From the NCBI GenBank assembly GCA_016186625.1, contig JACPLG010000003.1, forward strand, positions 9,645 to 73,644: 64,000 nt of DNA. The letters run 5' to 3'. The notes beneath the pieces are model-generated. The model saw nothing but the letters and a program-made list of their open reading frames with translations. It was not told where the DNA came from and ran no database searches. The position numbers and the translations under genes are program-made. Positions 49,986 through 58,879 of this stretch are shown here, one piece after another. Origin of the DNA: Candidatus Levyibacteriota bacterium. GTDB taxonomy: Bacteria > Patescibacteriota > Microgenomatia > Levybacterales > UBA12049. Position 1 is the first letter of the stretch, and the number at the start of each line of letters is the position of its first letter.

Positions 49986-50717
49986 TTACCATCCGCGTGC
50001 TACTTCTTCTATTAAATTTCCAAAATATCTAACAGTTGGTACTATATAAGTGTAGTTTAAACGAGTTGGTCCTATTACTCCAATTTCTCCTCCAGTCTTT
50101 GCTGGAGTAATGTAATGCCTAAACACAAATCCGTATGGTCCAGAGAGTTTTGGGCCAAGTTCTTCTCCCATAAGAACTTGAATGTCTTCATCCTGACCTG
50201 CCGCTTCAAATAATGGCCTAAAACATTCAAATTCATCAATCGCTGAAAGAAGAGTTTTTGTTAGGTCTATGTCATAAAACTCTGGCATGTCCAGAATATT
50301 TGCATAGCCTGAAATGAAATATTCTCCTCCATCAGTTGCTGCAATTGCAACTGCTCCGGTTTTATTGGCAAGTGCCCGTGTAACTTCCTTGAGAAATTCA
50401 TGTTCCTTATCTCTAATATCCCAAACTTTTTCCTTCATTGAAACTTCTTCAGCAACTGAAAGTTCTTTCTCTTTCATCAGCTGCTTTACATAAAATTTCA
50501 TGGCAGCTGGTGTTGGAACTCTGCCTGATGAAATGTGCGTTTTCCTTAAGTATCCGTAGTTGGTCAAACGAACCATCTCATTTCGGATTGTTGCAGGAGA
50601 AGCTGACAATGAGTGTTTTTTCTCAAGCGTTTCGCTTCCCACTGGCTCTGCTGTTTCAATGTACTCTTCAATTAAAGATTTTAAAATCTCAATCTGCCTC
50701 TGTGTTAAATCATGCAT
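49986..50717 (-). CDS. hrcA: Heat-inducible repressor HrcA (short form)
   Basis: EPVGS, SPATIRNEM, SSGRVPT and GVIGPTRLNY motifs. Confidence 0.95.
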   Translation of the reverse strand: MHDLTQRQIEILKSLIEEYIETAEPVGSETLEKKHSLSASPATIRNEMVRLTNYGYLRKTHISSGRVPTPAAMKFYVKQLMKEKELSVAEEVSMKEKVWDIRDKEHEFLKEVTRALANKTGAVAIAATDGGEYFISGYANILDMPEFYDIDLTKTLLSAIDEFECFRPLFEAAGQDEDIQVLMGEELGPKLSGPYGFVFRHYITPAKTGGEIGVIGPTRLNYTYIVPTVRYFGNLIEEVARGW

Positions 50718-50825
50718 AGTTCCAACTAATAACTTCTAATTCCTAACTACTAATAGTTTATTTTTGGCTTATCAGAAATTAGTTGTTAGATGTTAGCAGT
50801 TGTCATTTTGACGATTCAAAATGAC

Positions 50826-50862
50826 TTAGCAGTAATATACCACGTCTGCTAATTCATGTCAA
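50826..50862 (-). promoter_or_regulatory. hrcA promoter (TTGACA-17-TATATT) overlapped by a CIRCE-like operator
   Basis: TTAGCAG-N13-CTGCTAA at 50826-50852, the 27-bp CIRCE geometry. Confidence 0.8.
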
Positions 50863-50872
50863 GGAGGAAGAT

Positions 50873-51030
50873 GCCAGACGGTATCTTCCGACGCAGACCC
50901 CGCATAAACGCCCCTTCGACGCGAGGACGCCACAGTGGGATACCCCACGTGGTTTCCCATAGACCTCGGGAGAAGGTAAGTTTTGTGCGGGGTCAAGGAA
51001 ATTTAAAGCCGAGCGGTAAGATATGGCGGG
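50873..51030. ncRNA. Candidate long irregular hairpin RNA or MITE
   Basis: GACCCCGCATAAAC/GTTTTGTGCGGGGTC, CCTTC/GAAGG, CGAGG/CCTCG, GTGGGATACC/GGTTTCCCAT and outer TATCTTCCG/CGGTAAGATA stems. Confidence 0.45.
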
Positions 51031-51064
51031 TCAAGACCCCGAGCTATAATGTTATACTAGATTT

Positions 51065-51430
51065 GTGGAGAAAACTAGGAGAAAAGTTCGGCCTATTGCC
51101 AGAAAAAGGCATAACTTTGTGTATCTTCTTCTTGCGATTTTATTTGCTATCGCTACTGGCTATATATTATATAACTTCTCACCGAGTCACGAGTTTATGA
51201 TTGCGAACATTGGAATACCGATTCTTCCAATTTTCTTTTTGTCCTTCGGTCTTCTTATTTTTTCAACCACAACTTTTCTTTTTATTCAAAAAAATCATGG
51301 GGTTATTATTACACTCCTTATCAGCGGGTATTTACTAATGAGAATAATTGGCCTCACCCACTGGCTTTTTTTAATTTTAACCCTCGCACTTTTTTTTACC
51401 ATTGAACTCTTCATCCTAAAGAAAAAATAA
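51065..51430 (+). CDS. 4-TM hypothetical membrane protein
   Basis: Hydrophobic; TATACT 6 nt before the GTG. Confidence 0.7.
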   Translation: MEKTRRKVRPIARKRHNFVYLLLAILFAIATGYILYNFSPSHEFMIANIGIPILPIFFLSFGLLIFSTTTFLFIQKNHGVIITLLISGYLLMRIIGLTHWLFLILTLALFFTIELFILKKK

Positions 51431-51600
51431 AACCTATAATTGGTAATACTTTTGCTATATATCCGTGGACTAGTCTATGAAACTATTAGTTACATTAGAC
51501 TACTAGCCTCAGTTCTGTTAAAATTCAATCTAGCCTCTACTAGATTTATCTGTTACAGATTTTAGTTATTAGCAGTTAGTTGTCAGTAGTTGGCATAACT

Positions 51601-53022
51601 ATGCCTAAATTTTATATAACAACAGCTATTCCTTATGTAAATGGTAGGCCTCATATTGGTCATACTTTGGAATATTTTCAGGCTGATGCAATTAAAAAAT
51701 ATAGACAGCTTTTGGGAGATGAAACTCTCCTTCTTTCAGGAGCAGATGAAAACGCGCTCAAAAATGTTCAGGCAGCTGAAAAAGAAGGCTTACCCATAAA
51801 AGAATTCTTGGATAAATATTCCAAAATTTGGAAAGACACATATGGGATTGTTGGGGTTAAGCTTGATGTTTTTCAAAGAGGATCTGATGAAGAAAAACAC
51901 TGGCCGGGAGTACAAAAACTTTGGAAACTTTGTGAAGAATCAGGCGACATTTACAAAAAATCATACCAAGGACTTTATTGTGTCGGTTGTGAGGCTTTTA
52001 AACTTGAAAGTGAACTGGTAGATGGTCTTTGTTCGATTCATCGAACAAAACCGGAAGAGATTTCTGAAGAAAATTATTTTTTCAGACTTTCGAAATATCA
52101 GGAAAAGTTAATAAAATTGATAGAATCCAATACGTTACAAATTATTCCTTCAAACAAAAGAGCTGAAGCGCTATCTTTTATAAAACAAGGGTTGGAAGAT
52201 TTTAGTGTTTCAAGAAGCAATGAACGAGCAAAAGGAGTAGGAGTACCGGTACCGGGTGATCCAAATCAAAAAATTTACGTCTGGTTTGACGCTCTAACTA
52301 TCTATATGACCGGAATTGGTTTTGGAGCGGACGAGAAAAAGTGGAAGTATTGGTGGCCGGCCGATGTTCATGTAATTGGAAAAGATATTAATAGGTTCCA
52401 CACTGTCTATTGGCCGGCAATGCTTCTTTCTGCTAGGTTTCCCCTTCCAAAACAAATTTTAATCCACGGGTTTGTGAATGCTAAGGGTGGAGAGAAATTT
52501 TCTAAATCTTTAGGTAATGCACCTGATCCCAAAGAAGTAATTGATAAATATGGAGTTGAGGCTGTCCGTTATTACATGCTTGCTCAAGTGCCAATTGATT
52601 CTGATCACGATTTTACATATGACCGATTTGAAGAAGTTTATAATGCGGATTTGGCAAATGGCTTGGGGAATTTAGTGGCAAGGGTTGCCAAACTTTGCGA
52701 GAAGATCAAACTTAATACACTTCCTAAACCAAAACTAAGTGAATCGTATAAACAGAAATTTGAACAATATAAATTTAACGAACAATTAGTAGAAATTTGG
52801 GCAAGGATTTCAGAAATTGATCGAGAGATTGAAAAAGCCAAACCCTGGGAAATTGATGATTTGAATAAACTTCAAGGATTACTGCAAAACTGGGTAGAGG
52901 AAATTAATCAAATCGCATTGGATCTAAAACCTTTTCTCCCAAATACGTCTAAAAAAATTCAAAAATTATTTGTCCAACCAAAAATTCAACCCATCCCCCC
53001 TCTTTTCCCAAGAATTCAATAG
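51601..53022 (+). CDS. metG: Methionine-tRNA ligase
   Basis: YITTAIPYVNG.PHIGH, YVWFDAL, IGKDI and KFSKS motifs. Confidence 0.97.
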   Translation: MPKFYITTAIPYVNGRPHIGHTLEYFQADAIKKYRQLLGDETLLLSGADENALKNVQAAEKEGLPIKEFLDKYSKIWKDTYGIVGVKLDVFQRGSDEEKHWPGVQKLWKLCEESGDIYKKSYQGLYCVGCEAFKLESELVDGLCSIHRTKPEEISEENYFFRLSKYQEKLIKLIESNTLQIIPSNKRAEALSFIKQGLEDFSVSRSNERAKGVGVPVPGDPNQKIYVWFDALTIYMTGIGFGADEKKWKYWWPADVHVIGKDINRFHTVYWPAMLLSARFPLPKQILIHGFVNAKGGEKFSKSLGNAPDPKEVIDKYGVEAVRYYMLAQVPIDSDHDFTYDRFEEVYNADLANGLGNLVARVAKLCEKIKLNTLPKPKLSESYKQKFEQYKFNEQLVEIWARISEIDREIEKAKPWEIDDLNKLQGLLQNWVEEINQIALDLKPFLPNTSKKIQKLFVQPKIQPIPPLFPRIQ

Positions 53023-54470
53023 GGTTTTTTGTGGATAGTATAGATAGTAGAAGAACCAAACTCTTTATATTTTTTAATTACTCCAAACTTCTCCATGTTT
53101 TCAAGCCCTTTAATAAAGTCTTCTCTGTTTGCCAAAAGATGAAGGATATTCCACTCGGGAGATGTATCTACAAACAGGTATTTAGGATCTCCTGCCCATT
53201 TGAACCATTCACAGTCCTCTTTGCCACAAGGAGATTTTTCTTTAAAGGTTCTTTTATCACCCCAGATGGTAACAATAAGCTCTCTATTTGAAATGTGAGG
53301 TGAAATATTTGTTTGAGTTGCTACATATGAATCTTTTGGAAGTGTTTTTATAGCAAGTTCGATATTTTCGATACCTGATGGCTTAGTCCAAAACCACTTT
53401 TTTGTAAGATAAGTAAGAGGTGCATGAAGCATATATGTTGTTAGTGCGGTGAAAAACAAAATATAGAGTGAGAAGAATTTATTGTTTAATTTCTTAAACT
53501 TTTCAATTACAAAAATTGTTGGCCAAATTAGAAGTATTGCACTTGAAAATCTATAGTGTTGGAAAATGCTGTGAGAGGAAGTTGCGGTATCATTCCCTAA
53601 AACAAAAAAATGTCCAAGATCGGCAATATAGGGAATAAGCATTAAAGGATTAAGTAGCGGAAGGTATCCGTATGAATTTAAAGTGTAAAAAAATACGTCT
53701 ATTTTTGCTTGTGTATTAAAAAAATTAAAAAGATTAATATTTGATATCAACCCTTCTGCGTTTGCGTACTGATAACCCAAAGTAAAATTTGGATAGTAAA
53801 TGAAAAAAATAAGAAATAAATAAATTACAGAGGCTAACATGAAAGAAAGATTAATTTTCCTTCTTGTTTTTATAAAATAAATAAAGGAAATAAAAAATAG
53901 CAACAGTCCCATATCCTCCTTGCTAGTGAGACTAAGAATAAAAAACAAAACTGAAAGCCATTTTCTATTGGTATCTAAGTAATAGATGAAAAAGGCCATG
54001 AAACTTAGGCCAAAAACTGAGCTATGAACATCCGACCAGAGTGCATTCTGCACTCCAAAAAACATGAAGTAAGAAATAAGAAGAGAAAGGGCTAAATAAA
54101 AGTTAATTTTATGCTTTCTAGCTAGCAAAAAAATGGGAATTCCGCTTAAAATTGCGGCAAGAACCTGAAGGAATAAAAGCATCCTCGCATCTCCCAATAT
54201 CCAATAAAAGGGTGCAATTAGCAAATAAACAAACTCAACATGATCGTAAAAAATGGGAATAAATGCATAAGCATGAACTGTTACAGTAGGTACTGTTAAT
54301 TGATTAAAGCCCCAAACTATCTGATTTTCTATAGAAAGATCATAGCCTGTCCAATAATGAGCATGCTTAACTAGTACTAAAGTTAGATATGCGAAGAAGA
54401 ATACAATTATTATAAAAAGAGGTAAATAAAATTCTCTATCTAATTTTAAAAACTTGGGAATATAATTCAC
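53016..54470 (-). CDS. DUF2079 membrane protein (GT-C-like)
   Basis: GYDL, DH, DVH, KED and QHY motifs in a multi-TM protein. Confidence 0.75.
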   Translation of the reverse strand: MNYIPKFLKLDREFYLPLFIIIVFFFAYLTLVLVKHAHYWTGYDLSIENQIVWGFNQLTVPTVTVHAYAFIPIFYDHVEFVYLLIAPFYWILGDARMLLFLQVLAAILSGIPIFLLARKHKINFYLALSLLISYFMFFGVQNALWSDVHSSVFGLSFMAFFIYYLDTNRKWLSVLFFILSLTSKEDMGLLLFFISFIYFIKTRRKINLSFMLASVIYLFLIFFIYYPNFTLGYQYANAEGLISNINLFNFFNTQAKIDVFFYTLNSYGYLPLLNPLMLIPYIADLGHFFVLGNDTATSSHSIFQHYRFSSAILLIWPTIFVIEKFKKLNNKFFSLYILFFTALTTYMLHAPLTYLTKKWFWTKPSGIENIELAIKTLPKDSYVATQTNISPHISNRELIVTIWGDKRTFKEKSPCGKEDCEWFKWAGDPKYLFVDTSPEWNILHLLANREDFIKGLENMEKFGVIKKYKEFGSSTIYTIHKKPY

Positions 54471-54535
54471 TTTTTAAATATTATATCCCATGTAATTACC
54501 AAATTCTCGTATTTTGGATGTATATTAAAATAAAT

Positions 54536-54691
54536 CTATGGGGTGGAAACACCCAAGACAGCTTGTCCTGTTGGGGTGTAAAGCAACAAAACTCCTATAA
54601 CTGCGCCAAGCATGACTGCCAGCAGAGAAAACATGACGACTCCCATAATATTTTGATTCGTATAAAGCTTAAAGCTTTTGTATTTAGCCAT
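54536..54691 (-). CDS. 51-aa single-TM small protein ending in VLGVST
   Basis: MAKYKSFKLYTNQNIMGVVMFSLLAVMLGAVIGVLLLYTPTGQAVLGVSTP*; preceded by TTGACA-16-TAAGAT. Confidence 0.6.
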   Translation of the reverse strand: MAKYKSFKLYTNQNIMGVVMFSLLAVMLGAVIGVLLLYTPTGQAVLGVSTP

Positions 54692-54755
54692 GTACATATA
54701 TCTTATCTAAACTGCAGATTTTGTCAAGAGGAAGTTAAGTTATATAATTTATCAA

Positions 54756-55583
54756 ATGATAGATGTACACTCTCATTTAAATTTCAAGGCATTTGCCAAC
54801 GACTTTGATCAAGTTATCAAGCAAGCTGAAAAAGACGGAGTTAAAACAATAATAAATGTTGGAACTTCAATAGAAACTAGCCTTAGGGCGGTGGAACTGA
54901 CAAACGCATATCACAACTTATATGCAATAGTTGGTATCCACCCCCATCATGCTGACCTGCCTGCCGGCAGGCAGGCAAACTCTCAAGAAGGATGGGAAGA
55001 AAAACTTTTCAAGCTTGCAAAATCTTCAAAAAAGGTTATCGCGATTGGCGAAATTGGATTAGATTATTATTCTTATAAATCAAACGGCATTGTTGATCCG
55101 AAGACTCAAAAAGAAGTTTTTATCAAACAAATTGAAATCGCTCACAAACTTAAACTCCCGCTTCAAATTCACAACAGGCTTGCAGGAAACGATATTATTG
55201 AAATAATAAATAATAAACTGTCACTAATAAATAATGGCGGTATGTTCCACTGTATGTCGGGTGATATCCCGTTTCTGAGACAAGTACTTGGTCTTGGATT
55301 TTATGTGGGTTTTGATGGAAATATTACTTATGAAGGCATTGCAAAAGGAGAAACAACGCCGCTTCCCGATCTTGTTAGGCAAACTCCAATCGAGCGAATT
55401 GTTACGGAGACTGACGCGCCGTTTTTAACTCCCGAGCCCCACAGAGGTGGTAGAAATATTCCATCTCATGTTATAATTGTGGCAGAAGAAATTGCCAAAA
55501 TTAAGGGTTTAGACTTCAAAGAAGTCGAGGCTGCAACAACCCGGAATGCCAAAGATCTGTTCAAACTAAACCCTAGACGCTAG
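54756..55583 (+). CDS. tatD: TatD family nuclease
   Basis: IDVHSH, GIHPH, IGEIGLDY, IHNR, FHC and ETDAPFL motifs. Confidence 0.95.
   Translation: MIDVHSHLNFKAFANDFDQVIKQAEKDGVKTIINVGTSIETSLRAVELTNAYHNLYAIVGIHPHHADLPAGRQANSQEGWEEKLFKLAKSSKKVIAIGEIGLDYYSYKSNGIVDPKTQKEVFIKQIEIAHKLKLPLQIHNRLAGNDIIEIINNKLSLINNGGMFHCMSGDIPFLRQVLGLGFYVGFDGNITYEGIAKGETTPLPDLVRQTPIERIVTETDAPFLTPEPHRGGRNIPSHVIIVAEEIAKIKGLDFKEVEAATTRNAKDLFKLNPRR
54956..54975. repeat. 20-bp palindrome CCTGCCTGCCGGCAGGCAGG inside tatD
   Basis: Encodes LPAGRQ right after the GIHPHHAD motif. Confidence 0.85.
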
Positions 55584-55594
55584 ACGCTAATAAA

Positions 55595-57088
55595 ATGACA
55601 AATTTTTTCAACAGAATATTTGCCCGTTATCCCATCAAAACCCAGAGATCTTTATCTGCTCTTCCCGGATTTGTCTCATGGACTTTAATTCTGTTTCCTG
55701 TTTGGGGATCTCTTTTTATTCCTTATGCTGTTGCTTATTTTGTATTATTTTTTGACATATATTGGTTTTATAGATCTTTTTCTCTTGTAATTACAGCCCA
55801 TTTAGGTTCAAAGAAAATCAAAGAGGCTGAAAGTAAAAATTGGTTAGAAATCGCAAAGTCTAACAAGGGTATTGGAAAAGTCAATCATATTGTAATTATT
55901 CCTAATTTTAAAGAGACTGAGGAAAAATTAAGAAGAATTATAGGAACAATTGCTGCCCAAACTTTTCCACTCCGGCAAATTTTTGTAGTCCTTGCAATGG
56001 AGAAAAGAGAAGAAAGTGCACAAAAAAAAGCAAATATAATTCAAAAGGAGTTTGCTGATACTTTTGGAGGAATATTCGTAACATTTCATCCTGATACTCC
56101 GGGAGAAGTTAAAGGAAAATCATCTAATGAATCTTTTGCCGCGAGAGAAGTAGATAAAATATTGATAGATTCCGCTGTTATAGATGTAAATTATGCAACT
56201 ATTACAACAGCGGACGCTGACTCAATGTTTGACAGGCAATACTTTTCCTATCTTTCCCACAGTTTCTTAAAAGATCCCAAAAGATATAACAGATTCTGGC
56301 AAGCTGCAAATGTTGATCATAATAATTTCTGGAGTGTACCTGCTGCTACCCGAATCTTTTCATTTTTCTCAAGTCTTTGGAGAATCGGACTTCTGGTCCA
56401 AGGCGACAGGCTTATTCCCAATTCTACTTATTCTCTATCATTTCTCCTCTTAAAAAGAATCGGTTATTGGGATACAGATGTAATTCCAGAGGATTATCGT
56501 GTCTTTTTCAAAGCCTTTTTTGCTATGAAGGGAAATATTTCGGCAAGTCCGATTTTTTTGAAAACTTCAATGGATTCTCCTCTCTCCTCAACTTATATAA
56601 AAAGTCTTAAAAACAAGTATTCTCAAATAAGACGCTGGTCTTATGGTGCATCAGATGACTCTCTTTTTATAAAGTGGTGGCTAACTATCCCTGGAGTCCC
56701 ATTTGTTCGAAAAACTAAAATCCTCTTTCACGTTCTTTTAGACCACTTCCTCTGGCCTGTTAACTGGTTTATATTAACAATTGCTGCAAACACCATAACT
56801 CTTATAAACCCTGTGTTTGCACGAACAACAATCGGATATAATCTTCCAGTCCTTGCAAGATTAATACTCGCCTCAACTCTTATTGCTCTCATCATAATGG
56901 TAATTATTGATTACAGAAATAGACCCAAACATTTAAGCAAGTCAAGACTCCGAGAAGTTCTTTTTCCATTGGAATTTATTTTGATGCCGATTGCCGGATT
57001 TTTCTTTAACTCACTCCCTGCAATTATCTCTCACACTCAAATAATGTTAGGGCGTAAAATGGAGTACAAAGTGACTGAAAAATTATGA
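55595..57088 (+). CDS. Membrane GT2 glycosyltransferase (processive type)
   Basis: DAD, PED and QIRRW (QxxRW) motifs with flanking TMs. Confidence 0.88.
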   Translation: MTNFFNRIFARYPIKTQRSLSALPGFVSWTLILFPVWGSLFIPYAVAYFVLFFDIYWFYRSFSLVITAHLGSKKIKEAESKNWLEIAKSNKGIGKVNHIVIIPNFKETEEKLRRIIGTIAAQTFPLRQIFVVLAMEKREESAQKKANIIQKEFADTFGGIFVTFHPDTPGEVKGKSSNESFAAREVDKILIDSAVIDVNYATITTADADSMFDRQYFSYLSHSFLKDPKRYNRFWQAANVDHNNFWSVPAATRIFSFFSSLWRIGLLVQGDRLIPNSTYSLSFLLLKRIGYWDTDVIPEDYRVFFKAFFAMKGNISASPIFLKTSMDSPLSSTYIKSLKNKYSQIRRWSYGASDDSLFIKWWLTIPGVPFVRKTKILFHVLLDHFLWPVNWFILTIAANTITLINPVFARTTIGYNLPVLARLILASTLIALIIMVIIDYRNRPKHLSKSRLREVLFPLEFILMPIAGFFFNSLPAIISHTQIMLGRKMEYKVTEKL

Positions 57089-58542
57089 AGCTTATAACCA
57101 GGCTTGAAAAAAGCGCTTCTTTTTGGTTTCTCTTAATTGCCTCAGTTGTTTTCTTTTTCTTAAGATGGCCTTCTTTATTTGAACCTTATTGGTATGGAGA
57201 CGAGGGTATTTACCAATCAGTGGGAATGCTTATTAATAGTGGAGCATCCCTTTATTCGGAAGCTTGGGATAACAAACCGCCGCTCCTTTATGTTCTTTAC
57301 GCTTTATTTAATTCTGAACAATTCGTAGTAAGAACTGTTTCCTTATTCTTCGGACTAATATCTCTCTGGGTGTTTTATCTTACCGCAAAGCGACTTTTCG
57401 CAAATTCGACTATCAGTGTGTTAGTTTCTACATCTATTTTTGCTATTCTTTTTGGAACAAGGCTTATTGAAGGAAATATCGCAAACGCTGAAAATTTTAT
57501 GATGCTGCCAATTTTGGCAAGCGCATATTTGATCCTCTCCACAGATTTTTTAAAAAAACTTTGGGAAGGCAGAATTTATTTTTTGGCAGGCATCCTTTTA
57601 AGCCTGGCGTTTCTGACAAAAATTGTTGCAATATTTGATTTTTTAGCTTTTGCATCTTTTTTATTTATCAGTAGGGAAAAAGATTTTAAACAGCAAATTT
57701 TGAAAAAGGTTTTTCCGTTCACATTGGGGTTTTTGGCTCCAATCTCTCTTACTTTTTTGTATTTTTTCCTTACAAACAATTTTAAAGACTTTTTTAGTGC
57801 TTTACTTTTTAGCAACGTCGGCTATGTTGGGTATGGAAATAAATTTTTTATTCCTCAGGGGCTTTTGTATCTAAAAGCGTTTATTCTTGCGGCATTTGTA
57901 GGCTTTTTATTCTTAAAAAGAAATTCTATTAATAAATCTGTACTTTTTGTTGTCCTTTGGTTTGCTTTTTCTCTTTTTAATGCTTTTTTTGCAGGGAGGT
58001 CTTATGCACATTACCTATTAGTTCTTCTTCCAAGCTTTTGTCTTATGATTGGTGTATCTATTTCAGCGCGAAAAGAAAGATTTTTTCTAATAATCCTTCT
58101 TGCTCTTTCTATTGTTGCAATTTTAAATACCTTTAAACTAAAAGCTAAATTTATCCCTTATTATTCAAATCTGATTTCGTTTTGTACCAATAAAAAAGAC
58201 GTTTCTTCTTATCAAAGTTTTTTTGACAGAAACACTCCAAGAGATTATGAGCTAGCCCGGTATATTAGAGCAAATACAAGTAGCAATGAATCAATTTTTA
58301 TCTGGGGCAACAATGCACAGGTCTATAAATTATCCAATAAGATCCCGATTATGCGCTACATTGTTGCATATCATATAACGAATTATCCAACCGGATTCAC
58401 TGAGATGCAAAATGCAATTAATTCAAAACGCCCAAAATTGATAATAGTTATGCCAAATGTTCCCCCATTTCCTCTGTCTTTAAATGAATATAATGAAAAA
58501 ATCAATATTAGAAATGCTACTATCTATGAAAGAATATTTTAA
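57085..58542 (+). CDS. GT-C (ArnT/PMT-like) membrane glycosyltransferase
   Basis: GDEGIY and WDNKPP motifs; many TMs. Confidence 0.8.
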   Translation: MKLITRLEKSASFWFLLIASVVFFFLRWPSLFEPYWYGDEGIYQSVGMLINSGASLYSEAWDNKPPLLYVLYALFNSEQFVVRTVSLFFGLISLWVFYLTAKRLFANSTISVLVSTSIFAILFGTRLIEGNIANAENFMMLPILASAYLILSTDFLKKLWEGRIYFLAGILLSLAFLTKIVAIFDFLAFASFLFISREKDFKQQILKKVFPFTLGFLAPISLTFLYFFLTNNFKDFFSALLFSNVGYVGYGNKFFIPQGLLYLKAFILAAFVGFLFLKRNSINKSVLFVVLWFAFSLFNAFFAGRSYAHYLLVLLPSFCLMIGVSISARKERFFLIILLALSIVAILNTFKLKAKFIPYYSNLISFCTNKKDVSSYQSFFDRNTPRDYELARYIRANTSSNESIFIWGNNAQVYKLSNKIPIMRYIVAYHITNYPTGFTEMQNAINSKRPKLIIVMPNVPPFPLSLNEYNEKINIRNATIYERIF

Positions 58543-58879
58543 TTTTATAAAAGATGACCGGCTTGTTTGGAGGATTTTTATTCTTACTTTTATATTAATA
58601 GTCACAACGTTTATATATGTAATAATTAACTACAGCAAGCTTCCTCCGCTACTTCCGGTTTTTAATCAGCTTCCCTGGGGAGAAAAAAGACTAAGTGAAG
58701 CTCCGGGAATTTTCATACCGGTGGTAATAGTTTTTATAATTTTCATAGTAAATCTTGCCTTATCTGCTTTTACTTATTCTAAATCTCCATTAATCGCAAG
58801 AATACTTGCCATTACCAGTTTTTTAACATCACTGCTTGCTTTTCTTTTTTTAATTAGAACTATTCAATTGATTACTTAA
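58526..58879 (+). CDS. Small membrane protein (DUF1648-like)
   Basis: LPPLLPVF..PWG between TM helices. Confidence 0.55.
   Translation: MKEYFNFIKDDRLVWRIFILTFILIVTTFIYVIINYSKLPPLLPVFNQLPWGEKRLSEAPGIFIPVVIVFIIFIVNLALSAFTYSKSPLIARILAITSFLTSLLAFLFLIRTIQLIT

Noticed and set aside
50856-51200. 114-aa ORF
   Set aside because: It spans the GC-rich hairpin and overlaps the better-supported 51065 gene.
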